Part shown: positions 11,060 to 19,857 of the stretch, piece after piece
Layout of the letters: every line of letters begins with the position of its first letter
How positions within the stretch are numbered: the first letter of the stretch is position 1
From: Pseudomonadota bacterium
GTDB taxonomy: Bacteria; Pseudomonadota; Gammaproteobacteria; UBA6186; Azoamicaceae
Assembly (NCBI GenBank): GCA_041161475.1
Contig: JBEAUL010000075.1
Location: 1-55,005, forward strand
Length of the DNA stretch: 55,005 nt
Direction: 5' to 3'
The notes under the pieces: model-generated
What the model saw: only the letters and a program-made list of their open reading frames with translations
The model's database searches: none
Told to the model about the DNA's origin: nothing
Made by a program: the position numbers and the translations under genes

Positions 11060-12172
11060 ATGCAATACAATAAACTCGGATACGATGCATGGATTGCCAA
11101 TTGTCTTGTTGTCTTGCTCAGTTTGGGTTTTATTATGGTCGTCTCTGCCTCTTTACCTATTGCAGAAAATCGGCGCCTGTCTTTTGGATACTTTGCTTGG
11201 CATCAGGGTCTACATTTGTTCTTGGGAATGCTCGTTGCGATTGTCGTGAGCTATATTCCGATGCGATTTTGGCATCGAACCAGTAATATATGGCTGATGC
11301 TGTCTTTGTTTGGTTTATTTGTTTTACTCATACCGGGTGTTAGTCGTGAAATTAATGGCAGTATTCGTTGGTTATTTATTGGTCCTATTTCTATCCAAAT
11401 ATCCGATTGTGCCAAAATAGCCCTGATTCTGTATATGGCCAGCTATTTGGTGCGTCGTCATCAAGAAGTGAAAACACGATTATCCGGTTTTTTAAAACCG
11501 TTATTGGTATTAACTGCCTTTACGGGATTATTGTTGTTGGAGCCAGACTTTGGTGCAGCCGTTGTCATGATCAGCACGGTCATGGGGTTATTATTTTTAG
11601 GGGGTGTTCCCTTTATTCGTTTTTTCGTCTTGTTTGCTCTTGTGTTGTGTGGGCTTATTGTTTTATCTCTGGCTTCTCCTTATCGCATCGAGCGTTTAAC
11701 GTCCTTTTTAAATCCTTGGGCAGATCAGTTTAATTCAGGATATCAGCTTACCCAAGCCCTAATCGCTTTTGGGCGGGGCGGTTGGTTAGGCGTAGGTTTG
11801 GGCAGTAGTGTACAAAAATTATTGTATTTGCCTGAAGCACATACCGATTTTTTATTTGCTGTGTTGGCGGAAGAGTTGGGTTTGCTCGGGGGAGTGATCA
11901 CGCTATTGATATTTAGCATATTGGTTGGACGTATTTTTTGGTTAGGTAAGCAAGCCATTGTAAGACAACAAATATATTCGGCCTATGTGGCCTACGGTAT
12001 TGGTTTATGGCTCGGCTTGCAAACCTTAATCAGTGTGGGTGTGAATGTAGGATTATTTCCCACGAAAGGGCTCACACTCCCCTTTATGAGCTATGGGGGC
12101 AGTAGCATAGTGGTTTCTATGTTTGCCATCGGTTTATTATTGCGTATTGATTATGAAAAACGCTATTTGTAA
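11060..12172 (+). CDS. ftsW: SEDS-family peptidoglycan glycosyltransferase FtsW
   Basis: The protein is polytopic with SEDS motifs (LPEAHTDFLFA, MSYGGSS). It follows murD. Confidence 0.9.
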   Translation: MQYNKLGYDAWIANCLVVLLSLGFIMVVSASLPIAENRRLSFGYFAWHQGLHLFLGMLVAIVVSYIPMRFWHRTSNIWLMLSLFGLFVLLIPGVSREINGSIRWLFIGPISIQISDCAKIALILYMASYLVRRHQEVKTRLSGFLKPLLVLTAFTGLLLLEPDFGAAVVMISTVMGLLFLGGVPFIRFFVLFALVLCGLIVLSLASPYRIERLTSFLNPWADQFNSGYQLTQALIAFGRGGWLGVGLGSSVQKLLYLPEAHTDFLFAVLAEELGLLGGVITLLIFSILVGRIFWLGKQAIVRQQIYSAYVAYGIGLWLGLQTLISVGVNVGLFPTKGLTLPFMSYGGSSIVVSMFAIGLLLRIDYEKRYL

Positions 12173-12182
12173 ACGGTTTCAC

Positions 12183-12716
12183 CTACAGTAAGCCACAGGT
12201 ATCGATAAATAATTTGGCTTCTTCATCGAGCTCATCACTGGATTGTTCAGCTGTGTTTTTCTCTATGTATGTGTTTGCTTTGTGTTGATTGTAAAGGGGT
12301 AGAATAGGTTTTTGTTGCGTTGCGTAATGGCGCATTACCACGGGTGAGGATTCTAGCACGCTGATAATCGCCCTTGCCATTTCTTTGTTTGTTTTAGGGA
12401 CAGTACCTAAGTAATAAAGAGGCGGCTGTTTAGCATCGTGTTTATTGTATGCAGTGGTGGCTGTATCGTATGACTCCGTTTCGGAATCAGATTCGTCTAA
12501 AGCATCATAATCATATAAGCTATTGTCATTGATTTGACTTGCATACGATATAATTTCCTCAACATGTAGTTTGTGTTGGTTTTTTGTTAAAAAAGCGTTC
12601 AAGGCAGTAGAGCCTTGTAAATAAGCCCTGACAATTTTTTTATACATGTGCCAAGGACGACCATAATGCGCATCGATGTACGTCTCTTTAGCCGTGTTAT
12701 TGAGATTGGCTTTCAT
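12183..12716 (-). CDS. hypothetical acidic protein with a C-terminal CaaX box (CGLL-stop)
   Basis: The 177-aa ORF has a strong SD (AAGGAAGG) 5 nt upstream of the ATG at 12716. Its start lies 20 nt inside the end of the upstream toxin gene. I recognise no family. Confidence 0.6.
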   Translation of the reverse strand: MKANLNNTAKETYIDAHYGRPWHMYKKIVRAYLQGSTALNAFLTKNQHKLHVEEIISYASQINDNSLYDYDALDESDSETESYDTATTAYNKHDAKQPPLYYLGTVPKTNKEMARAIISVLESSPVVMRHYATQQKPILPLYNQHKANTYIEKNTAEQSSDELDEEAKLFIDTCGLL

Positions 12717-13002
12717 TGTGTCCTTCCTTGGATATTGTGAGTAATTTTTTTGTTGCTTTACGACTTGGGTACACAGTTTTTAAAAAAATAGAACCATCTG
12801 ATTCTACGATATAAGGCACGAGATAAACCTTGTCTAGGCATTGTACATGAAAAATTTTTTGTTTCGGGTAGAGCGTTTGATTGTGGTGATAAGTAATCTG
12901 TAACAACTTTCCATTTTCGATTTCTTCTATAATTTGATCGAATCCAATACCTCGCTCTCTTAGTAGTAATGCATTTTTTTCTGGATTATATCTAAAATGC
13001 AT
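12697..13002 (-). CDS. BrnT-like (DUF497-type) toxin
   Basis: The 101-aa protein follows the DUF497/BrnT pattern (F.Y.PEKN..L..RGI.F....., ...YPSRKATKKLL). An RHH antitoxin-like gene sits 3 nt upstream. Confidence 0.55.
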   Translation of the reverse strand: MHFRYNPEKNALLLRERGIGFDQIIEEIENGKLLQITYHHNQTLYPKQKIFHVQCLDKVYLVPYIVESDGSIFLKTVYPSRKATKKLLTISKEGHNESQSQ

Positions 13003-13005
13003 CTT

Positions 13006-13269
13006 TTATATACCGCGTGTGGCATCTCTATGGATTAAAATATTTATGTAAGTCTGGTATGGAATACCTAACTTAGAAGCTTTTAATCGAATGACTTCTA
13101 AATCTGTTTCATGCACACGTAATGTGATAGATTTTTTTCGTTTAGAATGAAATTCAGCAGCTTGTTGTACTGCATAGATTTCTTCCTTCATATTTTCTAC
13201 AGGAGGCAGTTCTTCAAAATGATTTTCTATGTCTTGTTCAAATTCGTCTAAGAGTATTTTTTTTGGCAT
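13006..13269 (-). CDS. BrnA-like CopG/RHH-family antitoxin
   Basis: The C-terminal segment SITLRVHETDLEVIRLKASKLGIPYQTYINILIH matches the ribbon-helix-helix/BrnA pattern. I chose the start at the second Met (13269) because AAGGA sits 9 nt upstream of it; the ORF track starts at 13278. Confidence 0.55.
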   Translation of the reverse strand: MPKKILLDEFEQDIENHFEELPPVENMKEEIYAVQQAAEFHSKRKKSITLRVHETDLEVIRLKASKLGIPYQTYINILIHRDATRGI

Positions 13270-13300
13270 GCTTAGCATTCCTTTTTTAGAACATATATTC

Positions 13301-13324
13301 TTGTAAAGTATTACAAATGTACAT
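13301..13324. promoter_or_regulatory. palindromes in the 52-nt gap upstream of the antitoxin gene; candidate operator
   Basis: TTGTAA-AGTA-TTACAA lies at 13301-13316, followed directly by the 8-bp palindrome ATGTACAT at 13317-13324. RHH antitoxins typically bind such repeats. Confidence 0.25.
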
Positions 13325-13330
13325 ACTTTG

Positions 13331-14857
13331 TCAATTATTTTTCCGATATTGCATGATTCCTTGTAGTAAAACAGTGAGTATACAAAAACCCATCAAAGGC
13401 CATAAACCAATCTTATTCCAAGGGGTTTGGCCTGAAAAACCCACAACCGATTGGGTGAGACTGGTTTGAATGAATTGAGGTGTTTTTTGAGTGATTTTGC
13501 CTTTTTCATTGATAAAAGCAGAAATGCCGCTGGTTGTGGCGCGCAACAAGGGTTTTCCATTTTCGAGACTGCGCATGCGTGCAATTTGTAAATGTTGATG
13601 TGGCCCGAAAGAGTCGCCAAACCATCCATCTTCACTGATGTTCAGCAATACATTTGCCGTAGCGCTAGCGCGACGCACCGTATCTGCAAAAGCGATTTCA
13701 TAACAAATAAAGGGTGCTACTGCCCATTTTCCTAAGGTTAACGGTTTGCTTGCTGATGCGTTTGGAATAAAATCTGACATGGGTAAATCAAAAAAATGAA
13801 TCAATCCGCGCAGTTGCTTTTCGAAAGGCACGTATTCACCAAAAGGAACCAAGTGGGTTTTGTGGTACAGTTGCTTGTCTGTGCCTACTGCAATCAGGCT
13901 GTTGTAATAATGTTGATCGGGCGTTTCGATGGGAATACCCATTACCCAGGTTTGTTTTCGTGCTTGGGCCTGCTTTGTAAAGAAGTCTATAACGGGCTGT
14001 GCTTCTGGTAGGGGTATGTTTACCGCATTTTCAGGCCATATCACAATGTTAGATTGGGTGAGTGGGCGTGTCATCTGAAAGTAGAGGGCATAACTTTGTA
14101 AGGTGGCATGCATGCCCACCTTGGGTTCAGGAAATTTTTCATCGGGTCGTAAATTCCCTTGTACCAAAGACACCGTATAGTCCAGAGCATCATTGGCTTG
14201 GGTCCAAGGCTGTTGTTGTAAAACAGACCCTATGCTGTAGATAGCGCAGAAAAGGCTGCCAATGGTTAGCCAGCCCATCAACCGGCGTTGTTTTGGCAAT
14301 CGTAGGCCGTAAATCAACAGTCCACCCAAAAAACAGGTGATCCAAGAAACCAAATAAACGCTACCCAAGGGGGCGTACCCCCCTAAGGGAGTATCGGTTT
14401 GGCTGTATCCCAACAACAGCCACGGGAAGCCCGTTCCAAGACTGCTACGGAGCCATTCTAACAAGACCCAGGCAGAAGGAAAGAAAAGATAGGTAAAGGG
14501 GCTTTTGCGTGAAAATCGGTGGCATTTTTGAAATAAAAAGCCCAAAATAAGGAAACCAAGGCTTAAAAACAAAATAAAACACAGGGTAATGAATCCAGCC
14601 AGGAGAATTGGGGCTTGTCCAAAGGTATGAATACTGACAAAAATCCAGGAAACGCCTACGCCAAAGGTGCCAATCCCATAATAAAATCCTAGTTTCAAGG
14701 TAGAAGACTTGCTATTAGTTTCTTGTAGACCCCATAATAAGAAGGCAGGGGATAACAACGCAAGCGGTGCCCACTGAAAAGGTGCGAAGGCCAATGGTAA
14801 CAGACTACCGGCCAGAAGAGCGATACATTGAATTTTTTGGGTAATATTGAGTTGCAT
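13331..14857 (-). CDS. lnt: apolipoprotein N-acyltransferase Lnt
   Basis: A polytopic N-terminal half is followed by a CN-hydrolase domain (WPE, ICYE catalytic Cys, ISEDGWFG), colinear with E. coli Lnt. I trimmed the start to MQLNITQK (14857); the ORF track starts at 14902. Confidence 0.9.
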   Translation of the reverse strand: MQLNITQKIQCIALLAGSLLPLAFAPFQWAPLALLSPAFLLWGLQETNSKSSTLKLGFYYGIGTFGVGVSWIFVSIHTFGQAPILLAGFITLCFILFLSLGFLILGFLFQKCHRFSRKSPFTYLFFPSAWVLLEWLRSSLGTGFPWLLLGYSQTDTPLGGYAPLGSVYLVSWITCFLGGLLIYGLRLPKQRRLMGWLTIGSLFCAIYSIGSVLQQQPWTQANDALDYTVSLVQGNLRPDEKFPEPKVGMHATLQSYALYFQMTRPLTQSNIVIWPENAVNIPLPEAQPVIDFFTKQAQARKQTWVMGIPIETPDQHYYNSLIAVGTDKQLYHKTHLVPFGEYVPFEKQLRGLIHFFDLPMSDFIPNASASKPLTLGKWAVAPFICYEIAFADTVRRASATANVLLNISEDGWFGDSFGPHQHLQIARMRSLENGKPLLRATTSGISAFINEKGKITQKTPQFIQTSLTQSVVGFSGQTPWNKIGLWPLMGFCILTVLLQGIMQYRKNN

Positions 14858-15761
14858 GAAAATTGCTATCCTATCGAGACAACAGAAATTATACTCTACC
14901 ATGCGTTTGGTCGAAGCCGCTACGCAACGAGGGCATGATGTTCAAGTCATAGATACTTTACGTTGCTATATGAACATTGCGGCGCACAAGCCATCGATTC
15001 ACTATAAGGGCCACCCCTTAGAAAAATTTGATGCGGTAATCCCACGTATTGGTGCCTCCATCACCTTTTATGGTACAGCCGTATTGCGACAATGCGAAAT
15101 GATGGGTATGTTCCCTTTAAATGAATCCGTGGCCATCTCGCGCTCCAGAGATAAATTGCGCTCGTTACAACTGTTGGCCAGAAAAGGGATTGGTTTACCG
15201 ATTACGGGGTTTGCGCATACACCCGATGATAGCCAAGATTTAATTCGTTTGGTTGGCGGTAGCCCTTTGGTTATCAAGCTGTTAGAGGGCACGCAGGGTA
15301 TGGGGGTTGTGTTGGCCGAAACCCGCAAAGCAGCAGAAAGCGTGATAGACGCGTTTGCTGGTCTAAAAGTGAATATTTTGGTGCAAGAGTTTATCAAAGA
15401 AGCTGAGTGTAGCGACATTCGTTGCTTTGTCGTGGGCGGAAAAGTGATTGCCAGTATGAAACGTCAAGCGCCACCAGGAGAATTTCGTTCCAACTTACAC
15501 CGCGGTGGTGTGGGGGCTACCATCAAAATCACGCCAGAGGAACGCTCGATTGCGGTGCGGGCAGCACAGGTGATGGGCCTAAACGTGGCTGGAGTAGATA
15601 TTCTACGTTCTAATCATGGGCCAGTTGTGCTAGAGGTCAATTCTTCCCCTGGTTTAAAGGGGATTGAGCATACGACACATGTAGATGTCGCCGATAAAAT
15701 TATCGACTTTATCGAAAAAAATGCAAAACCTAATCATACCCGTACCAAAGGACGGGGCTAA
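14856..15761 (+). CDS. rimK: ATP-grasp ribosomal protein S6--L-glutamate ligase RimK
   Basis: The protein is near-colinear with E. coli RimK from MKIAILS to the C-terminus (301 aa). The ORF-track TTG start at 14847 is less likely. Confidence 0.9.
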   Translation: MKIAILSRQQKLYSTMRLVEAATQRGHDVQVIDTLRCYMNIAAHKPSIHYKGHPLEKFDAVIPRIGASITFYGTAVLRQCEMMGMFPLNESVAISRSRDKLRSLQLLARKGIGLPITGFAHTPDDSQDLIRLVGGSPLVIKLLEGTQGMGVVLAETRKAAESVIDAFAGLKVNILVQEFIKEAECSDIRCFVVGGKVIASMKRQAPPGEFRSNLHRGGVGATIKITPEERSIAVRAAQVMGLNVAGVDILRSNHGPVVLEVNSSPGLKGIEHTTHVDVADKIIDFIEKNAKPNHTRTKGRG

Positions 15762-15887
15762 GTCATTGTATTTTTGCAAAATCGGGTTGTATATTTTTTC
15801 AAAATCAGTAGAATACAGGAATACTTGGTTTTAATCTTTGGTTGATTAACTAAATTAATATTTTATCGCCAAGAAACAAAATCATTC

Positions 15888-15964
15888 GGCTATGTAGCTC
15901 AGCCGGTTAGAGCGCGGCACTCATAATGCTGAGGTCGGTGGTTCGAGTCCACCCATAGCCACCA
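15888..15964 (+). tRNA. tRNA-Met (anticodon CAT), elongator type
   Basis: The 77-nt cloverleaf has acceptor GGCTATG/CATAGCC, anticodon loop CTCATAA, T-loop TTCGAGT and an encoded CCA. The acceptor is almost identical to E. coli metT. tRNA-Ile2(CAU) is not formally excluded. Confidence 0.85.
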
Positions 15965-16000
15965 CGTACTTTTCCCGAGATATTATAAAAAAACAGGCTT

Positions 16001-17380
16001 GTGTCGATTTATATGGAAAATGCCCTTGCTGTACAGGCTTCCTTGCCACTGAGTACGCTTAAAACCCTTTATATCAAAACATTTGGTTGCCAAATGAATG
16101 AATACGATTCCAATCGTATGGTGGATTTGCTTAAAAAAACGCATGGACTCACCTTGGTTGATAATCCTGAGCTTGCAGACGTGCTAATACTCAATACCTG
16201 TTCTATTCGAGAAAAAGCCGAAGAAAAAGTTTTTTCAGAATTGGGGCGTTTGTATGGGTTTAAAAAGAAACGTCCTCATGTGGTTATTGGTGTTGGGGGA
16301 TGTGTTGGTAGTCAGGAAGGCGAAGTCATTCAAAAGCGCGCACCCTATGTTGATGTCGTCTTTGGTCCCCAAACCTTGCATCGTCTGCCTAATTTAATTA
16401 ATCAGGCAACCCGTACGCGCAGTCGTGTGGTAGATATCAGCTTTCCGGCAATAGAAAAATTTGATCAATTGCCTGCCCCAACAGCCACTGGCTCAGCAGC
16501 CTATGTTTCTATTATGGAAGGGTGTAGCAAGTACTGTACTTATTGTGTTGTGCCTTATACACGTGGTGAAGAGGTGAGCAGGCCCTTTGACGATGTGTTG
16601 CACGAAGTGTATACCTTGGCTCAGCAAGGTGTGCGAGACGTGATGTTACTGGGTCAGAATGTAAACGCCTATCGAGGTGTGAAACATGAGGGCGGTGTGG
16701 CTGATTTAGCCCTGTTAATTCGTTACATTGCAGAGATAGCAGGGATTGCGCATATCCGTTTTATGACTTCTCATCCGGTTGAATTTTCTGACAATTTAAT
16801 TGAAGCGTATCGCACGGTACCTAAGTTGGTCGATCATCTGCATTTACCGGTACAAAGTGGATCGGACAGAATTTTACGGCTAATGAAGCGCGGTCATACC
16901 GTGGCAGACTATGTTCGAAAAATAGAGCAGTTGCGTGCAGTGCGTCCGAATATTACCATTTCTTCTGATTTTATCGTAGGATTTCCAGGGGAAACAGAAG
17001 CCGATTTTGAGGCAACCCTGGATTTGGTTGAAAAACTTCAATTTGACCAATCCTTCAGTTTTATTTACAGCCCACGTCCTGGCACGCCTGCAGCACAGGT
17101 AACGGATGATGTCCCAGTTTCAGTGAAAAAAGAACGCCTACAGCGTTTGCAAGACAAATTAAATGCCCAAGCCTTGTCGTGGAGCGAAAAAATGCTGGGT
17201 TCCATCCAATCAGTGATTATCCAGGGGAAGGCGAGAAAGGACGAACACTACTGGATGGGCCGTACAGTCAGTAGTCGTGTGATTAACTTTCCCATGCGTG
17301 ATAACACGGCGGTGGGTGACTGTGTCACTGTCCGTGTGACTGCGGTGACGGGTAAGACCTTGCGCGGAGAGATTGTTTAA
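16001..17380 (+). CDS. miaB: tRNA-2-methylthio-N6-dimethylallyladenosine synthase MiaB
   Basis: The N-terminal [10 protein letters not shown] motif, radical-SAM CSKYCTYC motif and TRAM C-terminus are present. The start is either GTG 16001 or ATG 16013. Confidence 0.9.
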   Translation: MSIYMENALAVQASLPLSTLKTLYIKTFGCQMNEYDSNRMVDLLKKTHGLTLVDNPELADVLILNTCSIREKAEEKVFSELGRLYGFKKKRPHVVIGVGGCVGSQEGEVIQKRAPYVDVVFGPQTLHRLPNLINQATRTRSRVVDISFPAIEKFDQLPAPTATGSAAYVSIMEGCSKYCTYCVVPYTRGEEVSRPFDDVLHEVYTLAQQGVRDVMLLGQNVNAYRGVKHEGGVADLALLIRYIAEIAGIAHIRFMTSHPVEFSDNLIEAYRTVPKLVDHLHLPVQSGSDRILRLMKRGHTVADYVRKIEQLRAVRPNITISSDFIVGFPGETEADFEATLDLVEKLQFDQSFSFIYSPRPGTPAAQVTDDVPVSVKKERLQRLQDKLNAQALSWSEKMLGSIQSVIIQGKARKDEHYWMGRTVSSRVINFPMRDNTAVGDCVTVRVTAVTGKTLRGEIV

Positions 17381-17464
17381 GATTATCCTTATAGGATATG
17401 ACTGTTTTTGATTAGGGAAGTTTGAGCCATTAACAAACAATCTGTCTCCGATAAACAAAAATGG

Positions 17465-18481
17465 GTGTCTATCGAGTTGACACTGCATCCTTTTAACAAT
17501 CATCGCTTGGCCAATCTCTGTGGTAAATTCGATGAGCACCTTCATCACATTGAAAAACGACTCGGCATAGAACTGTTAAGTCGTGGAAACGCTTTTTTTA
17601 TCAAAGGTTCTAAAGAGGCCGTTGAGCAAGCCAAAAAAGTATTAACTGTTTTGTATGAAGAGACAGATGCGGGGTTGGTGTTAACGCCTGATAAGGTTCA
17701 TTTGGCCTTACAGCAACATGAAAAACATCTGCCTGAGCGACAACATACACAAGATAGATTTCAAAAAAATATGGCATGGGTTGGCAAGGAAGACGTTTCT
17801 GTCATTAAAACCAGAAATTTGGATGTGAAACCCAGAACGCCAACACAGCATCAGTATATCAATCGTATATTAAGACACGATTTGAGTTTTGGGATTGGCC
17901 CTGCGGGAACGGGTAAGACCTATTTGGCCGTGGCTTGTGCCGTGATGGCCTTAGAGCAAGATTTTGTTCGGCGTATTTTGTTGGTGCGTCCTGCTGTTGA
18001 AGCGGGTGAAAGACTGGGTTTTTTACCAGGTGATCTAACGCAAAAAATCGATCCATACTTAAGACCCCTGTATGACGCCTTGTACGAAATGTTGGGTTTC
18101 GAGCGTGTGGCTAAGTTATTAGAGCGTCAAGCCATAGAAATTGCCCCGTTGGCCTATATGCGGGGTCGTACCCTAAATGATGCCTTTATTATCTTGGACG
18201 AAAGTCAAAATACCACACCAGAGCAAATGAAAATGTTTTTAACACGCCTGGGCTTTAGTTCGACCGCAGTGATTACCGGAGATGTGACACAGGTCGATTT
18301 GCCTCGGGGTAAGCAGTCTGGCCTTAAGCATGCACTGCGTGTGTTAGATGGCATTCCAGACATTAGCTTTACACATTTTCATTCAAAAGACGTGGTTAGA
18401 CATCCACTCGTACAAAAAATAGTGGATGCTTATGAAGCCAAAGAAAACCCCAATCCTTCAGAAGCCGAAGATCTAACATGA
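17465..18481 (+). CDS. ybeZ: PhoH-like ATPase (YbeZ)
   Basis: Walker A GPAGTGKTY and the PhoH family pattern are present. The gene lies between miaB and ybeY and uses a GTG start. Confidence 0.9.
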   Translation: MSIELTLHPFNNHRLANLCGKFDEHLHHIEKRLGIELLSRGNAFFIKGSKEAVEQAKKVLTVLYEETDAGLVLTPDKVHLALQQHEKHLPERQHTQDRFQKNMAWVGKEDVSVIKTRNLDVKPRTPTQHQYINRILRHDLSFGIGPAGTGKTYLAVACAVMALEQDFVRRILLVRPAVEAGERLGFLPGDLTQKIDPYLRPLYDALYEMLGFERVAKLLERQAIEIAPLAYMRGRTLNDAFIILDESQNTTPEQMKMFLTRLGFSSTAVITGDVTQVDLPRGKQSGLKHALRVLDGIPDISFTHFHSKDVVRHPLVQKIVDAYEAKENPNPSEAEDLT

Positions 18482-18507
18482 CCATACCCTATTAAATTAT
18501 TACCACT

Positions 18508-18972
18508 ATGTCGATTGACCTAAGTATTACAATCTCTCCTACCGTGCTAAAGACGGAGGTACCCACAAAAACCGAATGCCTTGCTTGGTTTAAAGCAGCT
18601 CTGCCTGCCCATATCACGCAAGCTGAAGTCACGCTGAAAATTGTCGATATAGAAGAAGGGGCATTGCTTAACCAACAGTATAGGAACAAGTCTGGACCAA
18701 CGAATGTCTTGTCTTTCCCTTACCATATGCCTGGACAAACAAAAGACCTATTACTGGGCGATTTGGTGATTTGTGCGGCCTTGGTTGTAAATGAAGCGCT
18801 TGCCCAGCATAAGGCGATTAAAGCCCATTGGGCCCATTTAGTGGTACATGGCGCCTTGCATTTACTTGGGTATGACCATATTAAGAAAGAAGAAGCAGAA
18901 ATAATGGAAGGGTTAGAAATTAATATATTAGAAAAACTGGGGTTTCCTTCGCCCTATGGAGACATGGCGTAA
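18508..18972 (+). CDS. ybeY: rRNA maturation endoribonuclease YbeY
   Basis: The zinc motif HGALHLLGYDH is present in a 154-aa protein. Confidence 0.9.
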   Translation: MSIDLSITISPTVLKTEVPTKTECLAWFKAALPAHITQAEVTLKIVDIEEGALLNQQYRNKSGPTNVLSFPYHMPGQTKDLLLGDLVICAALVVNEALAQHKAIKAHWAHLVVHGALHLLGYDHIKKEEAEIMEGLEINILEKLGFPSPYGDMA

Positions 18973-18975
18973 ACA

Positions 18976-19857
18976 ATGATGAGTGATGATAAGCCGTCCT
19001 TGGACAAACAAACGATCTACCGTCGTCTGATGCACTATTTTAAACATGGGTTGCATGCTTTTTCAAAAATGCCCAAAAATAGGCAAGAAGTTTTTCATCT
19101 CTTGCAACATACGGCAGAAAAAAACATTATCGATCAACAATCTTTGGCCATGATAGAAGGTGTTCTGCAAATCGCAGAAGTTCGTGTAAGAGAAATTATG
19201 ATGCCACGCTCTCAAATGATTGTGGTTGAAAAAGACATGTCTTTACCAGAAATATTATCGGTAGTTCTAAAGACGGTGCATTCACGTTTTCCAGTGATAG
19301 GAGACAGTAAAGACGAGGTATTGGGTATCTTGCTGGCTAAAGATTTACTGCCCTATGGTTTTCCCGATGTACAGCCTACAGAAGTGTTTAATCTTCAAAC
19401 CATTTTGCGTCCGGTTTCTTTTATCCCAGAAAGTAAGCGTTTAGATGTATTATTACAAGAATTTCGTACCAGCCGAAATCACATGGCTGTTGTTGTCGAT
19501 GAGTATGGCGGGATCACCGGTCTTGTCACAATTGAAGATGTGCTTGAGCAAATTGTGGGTAATATCGAGGATGAATACGATACAGAAGACGATAAATTAA
19601 TTCGCAAGTACGGGGACCGCGCATTTATGGTACGTGCCCTAACGCCTGTGGAGGTCTTCAATGAACATTTTAACACACAATTAGACGACAGCGCGGTTGA
19701 TACTATCGGTGGGATAGTGATGCGCGCTTTTGGTCACTTACCTAAAAAGGGTGAGGTTATTACTTTAGCCGATCATAAGTTTAAAATTTTACGTGCCGAC
19801 AGACGACGTATCTATCTACTACAAGTGACTCCAGTGAGAGGAGAAGAGCAAACCTAA
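18976..19857 (+). CDS. corC: CBS-pair/CorC_HlyC domain Mg/Co efflux-associated protein CorC (YbeX)
   Basis: A CBS pair plus a C-terminal transporter-associated domain is present. The gene follows ybeY as in the conserved cluster. Confidence 0.9.
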   Translation: MMSDDKPSLDKQTIYRRLMHYFKHGLHAFSKMPKNRQEVFHLLQHTAEKNIIDQQSLAMIEGVLQIAEVRVREIMMPRSQMIVVEKDMSLPEILSVVLKTVHSRFPVIGDSKDEVLGILLAKDLLPYGFPDVQPTEVFNLQTILRPVSFIPESKRLDVLLQEFRTSRNHMAVVVDEYGGITGLVTIEDVLEQIVGNIEDEYDTEDDKLIRKYGDRAFMVRALTPVEVFNEHFNTQLDDSAVDTIGGIVMRAFGHLPKKGEVITLADHKFKILRADRRRIYLLQVTPVRGEEQT

